Virus record (IMG/VR): IMGVR_UViG_3300050821_004356
Coordinates: 32,001-96,000 of that record
Length of the DNA stretch: 64,000 bases
Source of the DNA: a virus
Reading direction: 5' to 3' (one strand)
Part shown: positions 40,453-49,915 of the stretch, one piece after another
How positions within the stretch are numbered: the stretch's first letter is position 1
Layout of the letters: each line of letters begins with the position of its first letter
Program-made: the position numbers and the translations under genes
Notes under the pieces: generated by a model
The model's database searches: none
Told to the model about the DNA's origin: nothing
Seen by the model: only the letters and a program-made list of their open reading frames with translations

Positions 40453-40919
40453 TCATGCTCCCCCTTCCTTTGGATCGGTAGTTTAGGGGCATGCCCCTGA
40501 TCTTTGCTTTTTATTCGCGCGAGCCTTTTCAACATTGCTCGATGTTTCTTGGTTCCTACTTTCCCGGGATAGCCATAGTGGTCATAACCTAGCGCCTGGG
40601 ATGCGGGGGGATTTTCCAAATAGATGTGTAGCATACGAACGATATACAGCAAAGTTACCCCTTCTTCTTTATGCAGGCCCAGTCGGACAAAAGCGTTCTC
40701 TAACTTACCTAACAAAGGATTACATTGAGAACAAAGCAAACCTCTAAACAGGCCATCCGAGTGGGCGTGGTCGGATGCCAAGCGTTGGTTTGGTCGACGC
40801 TCTAGTCGGCCGCATAGAGCGCAACGTTTCTTTTGAAACGCCTCTACGCGATCCCATTTTTCGACAGTTAGTTTAAAACTGTCCATTAAACGTTTTTCTC
40901 TTGCTTTTATGCTTTCCAT
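40449..40919 (-). CDS. endonuclease VII-like protein
   Basis: QKKRCALC...SDHAH...RGLLCSQCN.LLG. Confidence 0.85.
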   Translation of the reverse strand: MESIKAREKRLMDSFKLTVEKWDRVEAFQKKRCALCGRLERRPNQRLASDHAHSDGLFRGLLCSQCNPLLGKLENAFVRLGLHKEEGVTLLYIVRMLHIYLENPPASQALGYDHYGYPGKVGTKKHRAMLKRLARIKSKDQGHAPKLPIQRKGEHE

Positions 40920-40946
40920 TCATCGGATCGGTTAAATAGGGGCATG

Positions 40947-41195
40947 CTAGATGCTAGCGTAAGTGAGCCCACGCCAATTAACGCGCACATACTTGGTGCG
41001 CCATCTTTCTCCAACCCACTGGCTAGTGTGGATCACTCCTGACTCTGGTACATCAGTTACGATCTTCATTTCGCCCGTGTAAATCTTGTGCAACAAAAGG
41101 CAGGTGTGAAAATTTTCAATCTTACCTAGCTTGTCTGCGCGTACAGGGAACAACGCAGTCAATACGTAGAAATTAAATAAGTCGGTGCCGAGCAC
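40947..41195 (-). CDS. hypothetical protein
   Basis: GGAGG RBS. Confidence 0.45.
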   Translation of the reverse strand: MLGTDLFNFYVLTALFPVRADKLGKIENFHTCLLLHKIYTGEMKIVTDVPESGVIHTSQWVGERWRTKYVRVNWRGLTYASI

Positions 41196-41487
41196 GAATT
41201 CCTCCTAGGAATTTTTGTAAACTGTATTTGCTAACCATACGTCGCTTAAGTCGAGCAACTCGTTGATTCTTTCGATTCGAATTATATCGACCTCAGGGCC
41301 GTCTTTGGTTCGAGCAAAGAATTGTTCCTTCGTATACTCGTAATCATCAAGATTCATTTTCCCTCCCGAGTTGCTTCGGTTGCGTTGCCTATCTTGAGAG
41401 CGAATCGAATCGTTTCTGCTTCTTGCGCCTTCTGCTCTTGAATTCGCTTTTGTTGGCGCGACGGGATTGTGCGATCACGGTACAACA

Positions 41488-41799
41488 TCAGGTTTTCTCG
41501 TTCGTACCCATGTCGGACATTACTGCGTGACGGTCGCGACGATTCACGTTGCGCTGGATGCGGTTGCGCAGTTTGAAAAATTCGCCCATCAGTTCGTTGT
41601 GGCGTTTCGCCAAGGCGCTGGCGTTGTTGAACACCACAAACTTGGTGTCGGTCGGTACGCCTGCCTCGGTGCAAGCCATGATCCAAGCTTTCCTGATTTC
41701 GATCTTCGCTAGGTTCAGCTGGTTGGCTTCTTTTTGTGTCATCGGCATCTTTGTGTTCCTCACTGTTAAGAGTATCTCACGAGACTGGTTTTCGTGCAA
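41488..41799 (-). CDS. hypothetical protein (likely start MPM downstream of the promoter)
   Basis: GAGG RBS just after the promoter at 41771-41799. Confidence 0.5.
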   Translation of the reverse strand: MHENQSREILLTVRNTKMPMTQKEANQLNLAKIEIRKAWIMACTEAGVPTDTKFVVFNNASALAKRHNELMGEFFKLRNRIQRNVNRRDRHAVMSDMGTNEKT

Positions 41800-41830
41800 T
41801 AGTACTGTGGTTACATCCTACTAGTGGTAC
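41771..41830 (-). promoter_or_regulatory. early-region promoter (GTAC/TGAGA type)
   Basis: TTGCAC-17-GATACT; GTAC 2 nt upstream of -35. Confidence 0.55.
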
Positions 41831-42173
41831 TTTTAGTCTGATACTCCCTATACAATTTCTTAGGTGGCGGGCAAGAGCGCATATACCGCTGTAGTTGTTT
41901 AACACGACGTGTCATTTTCAAATACGGTAATAACATGTTGGCAAAACGATGCGCTTTTGCACCATTAAATACTAAAACCCACTGACGTTTATGGTGTAGT
42001 TTAGCTCGTGTACGCGGGTGTATCCTACCAAAACCAACAAACTTTAGAATACTAGAAAGAATGGTACGTTCTGTTTGTACAATGCAAAGACTTAACGAAT
42101 GCCTGTCTTTTGTACCCGCGTAAGACACAGAGCCTTCGCCTTCATAAAATCCCGCTATCCACTCCCAGTTCAT
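41811..42173 (-). CDS. single-motif LAGLIDADG endonuclease
   Basis: WIAGFYEGEGSV, Q-T-E, GFGRI, LPYL. Confidence 0.8.
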   Translation of the reverse strand: MNWEWIAGFYEGEGSVSYAGTKDRHSLSLCIVQTERTILSSILKFVGFGRIHPRTRAKLHHKRQWVLVFNGAKAHRFANMLLPYLKMTRRVKQLQRYMRSCPPPKKLYREYQTKSTTSRM

Positions 42174-42738
42174 ACTACTACCTACTTCCGCGTGACTTGA
42201 TCAAACGTTTGATATACGCGAGTGCGATGGTGGCTTCGTAGTCGTCTAAATCCTGGGCAAGGGCAACGATCTCACCTTGTGCGGCCTTAGGGAATATATG
42301 TGGTTCTTTAAATACTGGTATATCCCGAAACGATTTATAATTCACGCTCTCACCCCTGACGGAAACGTCTTAGTGTACGTCTTAGTAGCTAGGTCGTACG
42401 ATTGTTTCGGCCGACCGACCTTCTTGTCTTGGAGCCGCTTGGCGCGCGATGTTGGATTCTTCCGAGAGTTGTGATCCTTCTGACCTGCGCTTTTAAGAGC
42501 CATATTTTCTCCTGTTATCTTCCGAGTGCTACGACAAAAGCTAATACCGGTGTGCGCAAGATACACAACATTGGGATGAACCACATGTAGAATAAAATCG
42601 CTTTCCACTTTGCGTCTGATGTGCTCGTCTCTAGCACATGCTGTTGCCAGCCTTCGCCTGCCCAGGGATTGTCGGAGTACAGCCTTTTTCTTTCAGCTTG
42701 TTCCCACGCTGCCTGATTACGCATCTCTTGTGTGGCTA

Positions 42739-43158
42739 TCACGCGACCACCTTTCGATTGTCGAACCGACCGTACCGGAAGCGGTCGCGAAACAAAACTG
42801 CGCCGTCGAATTCGGGATCAGTGATATCACCGGCGATCTTTTTCTTGTCGACCTTGCCGTACCCTTTGATGCCATACACGATGCCAGTCTCCGCTTCCAG
42901 CATCCACGCGCCGGAACCACCAACGTCCAGACGGATGTACTTGTCGCCGACATGCGCGTGTTTCTCTTCACGCTCATCGAACCAATTGCCTTCAGGCTTA
43001 TAGTTTTTCATATAGTCGGCGCGATGCGCTTCATGCCACTGATCAAGAACCTGTTTCAAGCGGTCAAACACGCCCTGCTGGCCCAGGTAGTATCCCGTTT
43101 GATACTGGCTACCAAGAGGCAGCGTGACTTCGACTTTGCCGTTGTAAATTCTGCTCAT
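42739..43158 (-). CDS. hypothetical protein
   Basis: GAGGAG RBS before MSR. Confidence 0.65.
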   Translation of the reverse strand: MSRIYNGKVEVTLPLGSQYQTGYYLGQQGVFDRLKQVLDQWHEAHRADYMKNYKPEGNWFDEREEKHAHVGDKYIRLDVGGSGAWMLEAETGIVYGIKGYGKVDKKKIAGDITDPEFDGAVLFRDRFRYGRFDNRKVVA

Positions 43159-43177
43159 GTGTTCTCCTCTACGAAAC

Positions 43178-43238
43178 ATCCTCTCAAATTTCGCGACCTA
43201 CGTCAATGGTACTCGCGTGGTACTTTCGACTGGTACTA
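43178..43238 (-). promoter_or_regulatory. early-region promoter with three GTAC sites
   Basis: TTGACG-17-GAGGAT; aligns without gaps to 44490-44550. Confidence 0.65.
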
Positions 43239-43430
43239 GCGTACGATGATGTTGTAAACCTTGCTGCCATCAGTTAGCGTTTCTTCTTCAAGCGAAAGGT
43301 AAACAGTGTTGTAGCCAAAATTCTTCTTCATGTCAACGAGTGTCCCGTTATGGCCACTGTATTGTACTAAGCGTTGCAATGAGTCGATTAACTGTTGCGC
43401 CGTTGTTGCGGTCTCGTTTGCGATGATCAT
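43236..43430 (-). CDS. hypothetical protein
   Basis: coupled ORF. Confidence 0.55.
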   Translation of the reverse strand: MIIANETATTAQQLIDSLQRLVQYSGHNGTLVDMKKNFGYNTVYLSLEEETLTDGSKVYNIIVR

Positions 43431-43753
43431 GCTTTCCTCACTTCGTTGTTTGTCTTGTCGAGCACCATACCGTCGAAGTACATGTCCCTTTCGATCTTCA
43501 ATCCAAAACGGCCGCGTATAGATTCCAGTTCACTCAGCAAGGTATAGCCAAGCTCGTCAACATCGAGCCCGGTAACCAGACCGAAAAATTGCCAGTCCCC
43601 GTGATGCAACCACTTAGCTTCGACTACATATAACGTGTAGCCTGACCAAGGGGCAAAGAACTTCACCAGCACAGGCACCACGTTCTGATTCTCGGTGCTG
43701 TATAGCGGATTCTTTTCGAGTTTTTTGATGATCGCAGCCGTGAGCAATTTCAT
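43427..43753 (-). CDS. DUF2958-like protein
   Basis: VKFFAPWS..T.YVVE...FFGLV.G...ELGY..LSELESIRG.FGL.IERD.YF. Confidence 0.8.
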   Translation of the reverse strand: MKLLTAAIIKKLEKNPLYSTENQNVVPVLVKFFAPWSGYTLYVVEAKWLHHGDWQFFGLVTGLDVDELGYTLLSELESIRGRFGLKIERDMYFDGMVLDKTNNEVRKA

Positions 43754-43947
43754 GATCTCTCCTCTTTGCGACGCTCAATCTTAAAACGTAGACCTTGAAT
43801 ATTGAAGCCGCCTACCCTGCCCTTCATGCGGCCGGTTTGCATCGTCATAAACACGATGCCGTTTTCCAAATTGACGTGGGTTACTAGACCACGTCCGTAC
43901 CAAAAGCTGTTCATCTTTTTCGTGACGGTCGCCGTAACGATTGTCAT
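43750..43947 (-). CDS. hypothetical protein
   Basis: coupled ORF, GGAGG RBS. Confidence 0.5.
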   Translation of the reverse strand: MTIVTATVTKKMNSFWYGRGLVTHVNLENGIVFMTMQTGRMKGRVGGFNIQGLRFKIERRKEERS

Positions 43948-44198
43948 TTTGCCTCCAAAGAAGCTTTGTTTTGTATAGTCGCAAAACGATTATGGCCCCA
44001 AATAGCTTTACGGCGTTTCGCAGTGGTAACGATATCGTACGCGATGCGACTGGCGACGTCGGCTTGGATACCCTCGTCGACCATGATCTGCATAACGATA
44101 GCGTGGCTAATGATCTGCATAACGATAGCGTGGCTACGGAGTAAGTTCGTCGTATGGCGGCGTTCCTTTGCGCGCATTGCTGGGCGGCCAAGAGACAT
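43944..44198 (-). CDS. hypothetical protein with internal 9-aa duplication
   Basis: coupled ORF. Confidence 0.5.
   Translation of the reverse strand: MSLGRPAMRAKERRHTTNLLRSHAIVMQIISHAIVMQIMVDEGIQADVASRIAYDIVTTAKRRKAIWGHNRFATIQNKASLEAK
44083..44136. repeat. exact 27-bp tandem duplication
   Basis: ATGATCTGCATAACGATAGCGTGGCTA twice. Confidence 0.95.
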
Positions 44199-44470
44199 TA
44201 GCGTTTCACCATGTGAGAATCGTCATACGTGACTAAAGTCGTCGAGCCATCTTCGTAAGGTGTCGTTGAGCAAATAGTCCCGATCTTGCGATCTTCTAAG
44301 CTAGTTTCGATGCTGCGAGGCATATGCCGCCAGTGATCATAGGCTACATCAAATTCGCGTGACACCAGGATAACCCCGCGACCAGCTTCGGTCACGAAAT
44401 ACAAGTTAGGCGAACCGTTGTCGCCGATAACCTCGCTCGCCAGTTCTTCGAGTTGTCTGATCTTTGCCAT
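44198..44470 (-). CDS. hypothetical protein
   Basis: GGAGG RBS before MAK, downstream of promoter. Confidence 0.6.
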   Translation of the reverse strand: MAKIRQLEELASEVIGDNGSPNLYFVTEAGRGVILVSREFDVAYDHWRHMPRSIETSLEDRKIGTICSTTPYEDGSTTLVTYDDSHMVKR

Positions 44471-44489
44471 GTGTTCCTCCACTGGTACA

Positions 44490-44550
44490 ATTCTCTCAAA
44501 TTTCACGCTTGAATGCAATAGTACTCCCGTGGTACTTTTCTTTAGTACTA
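44490..44550 (-). promoter_or_regulatory. early-region promoter with three GTAC sites
   Basis: TTGCAT-17-GAGAAT; GTAC at 44521, 44532, 44545. Confidence 0.65.
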
Positions 44551-44904
44551 GATGTCGTTGTTGTTCGCTTCGTTGCACTCATCACAAGCGGTCCACGCAG
44601 CATCATAATCGTTATTTACGTCTCGACGATAACCGTTTGGGCGCTCGTGTACATCAGGCTTCGCCTTACGGCAGCGCTGGCAAGTCTCCCAGTCGAGTAT
44701 GAGTTTACCGTCCTTGATAGTACACGAACCGTCCTCGATGACATATGTTTCCATTGTGGTAGCATCACCAGGTGTCGTACGCGCATTGACCTTGACCACA
44801 CCGTTCTCTGACCACGGGTAGCTTACCAATTCTTTCCCGTCGACAATAGCCCACGGTTTGTAGCCTTGCCTGACAAGCGATCTTGATTTGCTGTTAGTGG
44901 TCAT
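44548..44904 (-). CDS. hypothetical Zn-finger protein
   Basis: CQRC...CDEC; GAGG RBS. Confidence 0.6.
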   Translation of the reverse strand: MTTNSKSRSLVRQGYKPWAIVDGKELVSYPWSENGVVKVNARTTPGDATTMETYVIEDGSCTIKDGKLILDWETCQRCRKAKPDVHERPNGYRRDVNNDYDAAWTACDECNEANNNDI

Positions 44905-44905
44905 T

Positions 44906-45163
44906 TTAATACCTCGTTGTACCTGACTTTATATTCTCTAACTCGTTTTCGAGTTCAATGATTCTCGCTACAGCATCCGAGAACGCCTGGGTTGCGAACC
45001 AGCTATCGAACTGCGTGCAATTCTCCTCGTCGCTTGAAAAGCGACCTGTCTCTGGTGCCTCTGCTTTACCAGGACGCAGGCGGTGGTGCCTGCGATAGTA
45101 CAAGTCTCCGATTGCTTCGAAACGTTCGATTGGTGTAATCACTTTTTCTCTCCTGGGTTGCAT
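44906..45163 (-). CDS. hypothetical protein
   Basis: ORF in gene run. Confidence 0.55.
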   Translation of the reverse strand: MQPRREKVITPIERFEAIGDLYYRRHHRLRPGKAEAPETGRFSSDEENCTQFDSWFATQAFSDAVARIIELENELENIKSGTTRY

Positions 45164-45564
45164 GACTTATACTTTTTAGCGCGCCATCGTCTATCTATTA
45201 TGATGTTCGTAAATCCGTAACGTTTGCCTGTGATAAAACAAACGGTACACTCTAGCGTATCATACAAACCAAGGCGTGGGTCGGACACAGTTACCAGATT
45301 CGTTTTACGCCAGTTATGTTGCGCGATGGCATCGTTGTCTTCAAACGTTACGTCTAATAGCTTGCGGGCTCGCTCGCCTGGTCGAAGCGTATTGTTGAAG
45401 TGATCTATGAGACGCAAACCGTATTCGCGCGCCTCTTTCTCGGTCTTGATCTCTGATCGATTGTAGTCTTCGATCCAAGGCTCGTCTAAGCGGTCGCCTT
45501 CGGGTCTAATTTCTAGATGCGCTACCTTTAAATTGAATTTCATAGTCCCTCCGTTTTTACCCAA
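45139..45564 (-). CDS. hypothetical protein
   Basis: ORF in gene run. Confidence 0.6.
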   Translation of the reverse strand: MGKNGGTMKFNLKVAHLEIRPEGDRLDEPWIEDYNRSEIKTEKEAREYGLRLIDHFNNTLRPGERARKLLDVTFEDNDAIAQHNWRKTNLVTVSDPRLGLYDTLECTVCFITGKRYGFTNIIIDRRWRAKKYKSCNPGEKK

Positions 45565-46280
45565 ACAATTTCGCCTTTGTTGGGTTTGCCCAAACGCTTA
45601 CACTTTGTATGCCAGCATCCGACATATATTCTACGCGTGTACCGGTGGCGCTTAACAGTCATGCCACAATCTTTGCAAGTGCCTACCCAAGGCGCTTTAC
45701 TTTCGATTACATCGGCACTGCTGTAGCAGCGCTCGGGCTTCGCGCCCACTTGGATGGCTGCGACCTTCCACTTCGTATTGTGGTGATGCCCGGGACCTAC
45801 GATAGCGTGTGCGATCTCGTGCCTAAGCGTATCTGTAAATTGTTCCTCTGTGTTGAGCTCGGTGAGCTCGCGGCTCATCTTTATAAGTTTGTTGTGATAC
45901 GTGCATTGGCCGAATCGTTGCTTCGCACGGTCCCACTGGAAGGTCCAGCCTTGTTGATACAAGCTGTACTTTCGGAATTCGGAGTCCACTATATTCGTTG
46001 CGGTCAAAAGATTCACTGTGCCACCTCCGCGAATTTGCCGTTCTTGATATCGTCGATCAGATTGCATACCGTGATGTATCCTTGCCAATCGGCATTGATT
46101 GCGCCAGTCGAGTTGTCGACGCGCTGTACCAATATCAGTGGTGATGAAGTCGTAGACCATGCGGCAAAAACGCTTGGCCTCGTTCTTATCCATTGGCAAT
46201 GGCGCATTTGCAGAGAATGCCAAGACTCGACGCGCCTTGAGTGTCAACTTTTTGTCGAGGTGCTTTGGTGTGATGTCCAT
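45540..46280 (-). CDS. SprT-like zinc metalloprotease domain protein
   Basis: RFGQC...TLRHEIAHAIVG...HHNTKWK...GA.PERC, C-terminal CKDC. Confidence 0.8.
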   Translation of the reverse strand: MDITPKHLDKKLTLKARRVLAFSANAPLPMDKNEAKRFCRMVYDFITTDIGTARRQLDWRNQCRLARIHHGMQSDRRYQERQIRGGGTVNLLTATNIVDSEFRKYSLYQQGWTFQWDRAKQRFGQCTYHNKLIKMSRELTELNTEEQFTDTLRHEIAHAIVGPGHHHNTKWKVAAIQVGAKPERCYSSADVIESKAPWVGTCKDCGMTVKRHRYTRRIYVGCWHTKCKRLGKPNKGEIVWVKTEGL

Positions 46281-46286
46281 ACTGGA

Positions 46287-46321
46287 ATAATCTCACGACA
46301 CCGACAATTCACCTATAGTAC
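46287..46321 (-). promoter_or_regulatory. early-region promoter, probably driving a leaderless mRNA
   Basis: TAGGTG-17-GATTAT with GTAC 2 nt upstream; ATG 7 nt after the -10. Confidence 0.45.
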
Positions 46322-46327
46322 GAGTGG

Positions 46328-46651
46328 CTAAATCTTTGGCCCTTCGATTGCAAGCAAACCTATAAACGATAAGAACGGTGTGCTGCCTCGTGCTTGGTTG
46401 CACTGATAGCACGCGGGCAGCGTATATTGCAGTTGTGATACGCGCCAGCCTGGTGTCTTCCGCATCTCTTTGCGCTCTTGATGTGGGAATACGTGGTCAA
46501 TCGTGTAGCTGTTGCCTGGTATGTATCCACGGTTTGGTGGCGTGATCTGGCAGCCTGTGCCGCAGTAATAGCAGACTAGTCGGGGGCTCACGGCTTGTCG
46601 ATCTCCTCTTGGTTGTCTTTGGATACAGTCGGGTATTCGATGTGGTTGCAC
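46328..46651 (-). CDS. HNH endonuclease
   Basis: CYYCG...TIDHVFP...ACYQCNQARG. Confidence 0.8.
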   Translation of the reverse strand: MQPHRIPDCIQRQPRGDRQAVSPRLVCYYCGTGCQITPPNRGYIPGNSYTIDHVFPHQERKEMRKTPGWRVSQLQYTLPACYQCNQARGSTPFLSFIGLLAIEGPKI

Positions 46652-47010
46652 AATGGGCAGCGATTGTGTGGCCAGGTAGAGCTCAGGATAATTCTACATG
46701 CGTCGCCGCGCCTGCCTGTGCCAAGGCGGTGAATATAACCTTTAGACAGGAATTCGGCTAACACATCCGCGATCTCTTGCTTTGTACGCTTAGACGAGAA
46801 ACGCTTATAGATTCTGGTCTCATATATGAAACCTCCAGGTGGAATCTCTTGCAGTACGCGAATCATCCGGAGACGGGCATCAGACGCTGAACGGCCGCGT
46901 ACAACGCTTATCGGTGCTTCGACAGCATCTGGGATACGACCTATCGCAATTGCTTTAGTCAAATACTCGGTCATAATCCTCCTCTTTAGTCGCCATATTA
47001 ATCGATGCAA
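46588..47010 (-). CDS. hypothetical winged-helix-like protein
   Basis: LSKGYIHRLGTGRRGD resembles the primase C-terminus (GIIRQEGTGKKGDP). Confidence 0.5.
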   Translation of the reverse strand: MHRLIWRLKRRIMTEYLTKAIAIGRIPDAVEAPISVVRGRSASDARLRMIRVLQEIPPGGFIYETRIYKRFSSKRTKQEIADVLAEFLSKGYIHRLGTGRRGDACRIILSSTWPHNRCPLCNHIEYPTVSKDNQEEIDKP

Positions 47011-47459
47011 AATCCGGCTTTGCGGACTACGTCTTTAACCATTGCCCAGTGTGAAGGGCGCTCGTAAGACGCGAAGTCATCGCTTAGTCCTTTTATGGTC
47101 ACGAATATAGATTCGCCGCGAGCAAGGTCCGAGAATGAAACGGTTTGCGCTGTTAGCTTTTCGAATTTAAAGCCATAATCGGTCAGTGCCTGGGCTGCAA
47201 TCTTCTTGGCTCGGTGCGTGGTTAGTGGCTCCAGTTTCAATTGATAGCCTGTTGGCGCTGCTATAGAATCCACAACGCAGCCAGCCGTGCGCAGTCCATT
47301 AGCCTCAACATCGGCTTCGGATGGAAGGAAAGGGCCAGCGAATCGAATGCCACCAACGAAGCGATCACGAATTTCCAGGTATATGATTCGTCCTTCTTTT
47401 ACGTCTGCGGCTGTCAGTGGCCTTGCCATTGTGTTGTCCTCTACATCAGATAGTCTCAT
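46998..47459 (-). CDS. hypothetical protein, first gene of the left arm (likely start MAR at 47429)
   Basis: GAGG RBS after promoter. Confidence 0.6.
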   Translation of the reverse strand: MRLSDVEDNTMARPLTAADVKEGRIIYLEIRDRFVGGIRFAGPFLPSEADVEANGLRTAGCVVDSIAAPTGYQLKLEPLTTHRAKKIAAQALTDYGFKFEKLTAQTVSFSDLARGESIFVTIKGLSDDFASYERPSHWAMVKDVVRKAGFCID

Positions 47460-47478
47460 AGAACGAAACAGATGTCAA
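47450..47478 (-). promoter_or_regulatory. promoter heading the leftward arm
   Basis: TTGACA-17-GACTAT with TG. Confidence 0.6.
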
Positions 47479-47515
47479 GATAAATATGCAGACTTGTGGT
47501 AATATAACGGTCGCT

Positions 47516-48143
47516 TGGTGACAGCAAGTGAAAACAACTCGTTTGTTTGCAGCAACGAATCCTGTCACCAAATAGGCCCTAGAGGGAGACAGGGTATCAT
47601 GCCAAAAACGATAAAAAATAGCGAATTACTAGGCATATATAGGCTTATATATTATCTCTTCTCTTTTTCTTCGCTTCTTTGAATATGATCTACGTAAATT
47701 GTCAATGTTAGGCCTTCTCCCTCAAGGGGGTATTTGGTGACAGAATGTTGGACTGTAAGCAAAGGACTTATTTTAAGATGCCGTCACCAATCGATAGAAG
47801 TCTGACCACAAGTCGACACAATTTATATAGACTAACTCATTTATAATCAATGAATATGTCAAATCGATGTGAAAGTTCGATAACAACGTGGTGTCACCAA
47901 TGTTGTGGGGGACAGCATAAACATCTGATAGTAAAGCAATTGTATTCTGTCACCAAGGATTTAAAATGCTGTCACCACCAATAAACAAACGCGCGCCACG
48001 GCAGGCAGGTCAGCGATAGCGCGCAGCGCGCCGGGAACGCGAGTTATATCCTGTGTCGAATAGATGACCTGGCAGGCAACGTATCGAGCACAGGATATCA
48101 GTCGGAGAGCTCAACGGGTGTAGCGTGTCAGCGCTCGGTGACA
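47516..48143. repeat. iteron-like TGTCACCA repeats and a 28-bp inverted repeat (candidate origin or terminus)
   Basis: copies near 47516(-), 47562, 47734(-), 47781, 47891, 47947, 47969, 48135(-); inverted repeat 47562-47589 / 47716-47743 matches at 25 of 28. Confidence 0.75.
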
Positions 48144-49200
48144 TTGTGGAATGTCTGCGTTCGACGACATGCGTAGAATATTAGCCCTAATCTACGCAAA
48201 GATAAGCAACAACTGTCGTTTAAGCGACGTGTGTAACGCAGTTTGTTCGACTCGTTTCATCTATCGTTTCAGAATAGCTCTCAAGATATTGATATGCAAA
48301 GACATATATTAATCGAGAATCATATACTATCGCACATCACGAGGTCAGGCGTTTCGATGATCATCAAAACGATATCGATTTTTAATTCATTTTCGCTATT
48401 CATTCGCCCGCTAAAGAATAACTAGTTCTCTAGCGCTATCGATTTTGGGCTAAGTCGTTTGTTTTCTAGATGGGGTGAGAGAAATGCATCGGGGTTCGGG
48501 GCATCGAGGAGCGGTCGCGCCGCGCGCATCGGTTCGGGTAGAACAATAAGCGAAGACGCTGACGCTCATTCTAAAGGAGTTATCGTTTGGCAATCAACTT
48601 GCTCCCCCAGCAATCACGTTGCCAAAAATCGATCCCGGGGGGACTGGCGGGTCGTAGTCGCCCCCACCGCCTTCGACGGCGGGACGGCGCTTACGTGGTT
48701 CACCACATCGGATATACCGCCGTTACGGTAACGGGCTATCTCGATGTCCGGATAAATAGCCGGATCAATTCGCCCACCCCACGATGAGCCGAAACGACTT
48801 AGCTTATTTATTGCCGATCTTTTTGCCGATCATATGGCCGGATCAAAACTAACATAAGTGTTAAATGTCAATATATGGGCACTTAACACAAATGTTAATT
48901 CCGGACCCCGGGTAGTCCGTCGGCCGCACTCACCCCAGGCCCATTCGCTATTCGCGAATTTCGAACGTGGTTTGTAATCAACGACTTCCCCACATTACGT
49001 AACGATGCCCCTAATTCACCGATCCAAAGGAAGGGGAGCACGCTCTTGTTTCATCTGCGACAGTCCCTTCTCAGATTGGAGTGAAGATGAAAGTCTATAC
49101 GGTAAACTTTACTATCGGCGACGCACACGAAGGTTTCGACACTGAGTCCCTAGGACGCGCTCGTCCGATTGAGTCAGGGTTCGACGGCTGGGAGTAAGAA

Positions 49201-49449
49201 ATGGAATATAAGCCAACATTTACGGGCGACAACATAAACGGAGGCACTTGGTATCCGACTGCCCCGATCCCGAATACGTATCCGGTTCCGTACGTTTACC
49301 CAACACCTGTTGTTTATCCCGCACCGTGCCCAGGTTGTGGCGCATGTCCGGTTTGCGGACGAAAGGCAGCACCGTCTCAACCAACGATAATTTGGCAGAG
49401 CACGCACAACATGCAATCAAAGGTCCAAGAGGGAATAATCGATGGCTAG
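49201..49449 (+). CDS. Pro-rich hypothetical protein
   Basis: GGAG RBS; CPGC...CPVC. Confidence 0.5.
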   Translation: MEYKPTFTGDNINGGTWYPTAPIPNTYPVPYVYPTPVVYPAPCPGCGACPVCGRKAAPSQPTIIWQSTHNMQSKVQEGIIDG

Positions 49450-49768
49450 TACTATTACAGGAAATCTCGGCGGCGCATCCGCTAGCGGCGTTCAAATCAC
49501 TTGCTACTCCCCGCAAACGGGATTAATTATGAACGCGGCCGACGCGAGCGGCAACTTTTCGTTCGCAGGTCTTCCCGCAGCAACGTACACTTTGAAAGCC
49601 CAAGACGGTTCAGGCAAGGTCAACTATTTGGTGACGCACCAAGTCATCGCAGACGGTGTGACCACTTATTCCAATATTAATTTTCAACCTCTCGCAGTAA
49701 ACGCAGGCGGAACGCCTTTGTCCGGACAGTCGATTATTCCTAATCCGAACGGAACACCTACTTTCTAA
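49442..49768 (+). CDS. small Ig/carboxypeptidase-regulatory-like beta protein
   Basis: TITG...ADASGNFSFAGLPAATYTL. Confidence 0.65.
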   Translation: MASTITGNLGGASASGVQITCYSPQTGLIMNAADASGNFSFAGLPAATYTLKAQDGSGKVNYLVTHQVIADGVTTYSNINFQPLAVNAGGTPLSGQSIIPNPNGTPTF

Positions 49769-49915
49769 TGTCTCCTCTAGTAGCACTAACAGCCCTTGTT
49801 CTAGCCGTATTTGCTGTATTTATTTTCATTGTTCTTACAGAATAAAAATTTTGTAGAAGTTAAAATCTAAACGAATCCCCCGGCAGCAACTAACGGTCGG
49901 GCGAAATGAGTAAGC

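Noticed and set aside
286-47502. Plus-strand ORFs in the left arm (e.g. 42610-43239, 45609-46331)
   Set aside because: They are antisense shadows of a tightly coupled minus-strand gene run.
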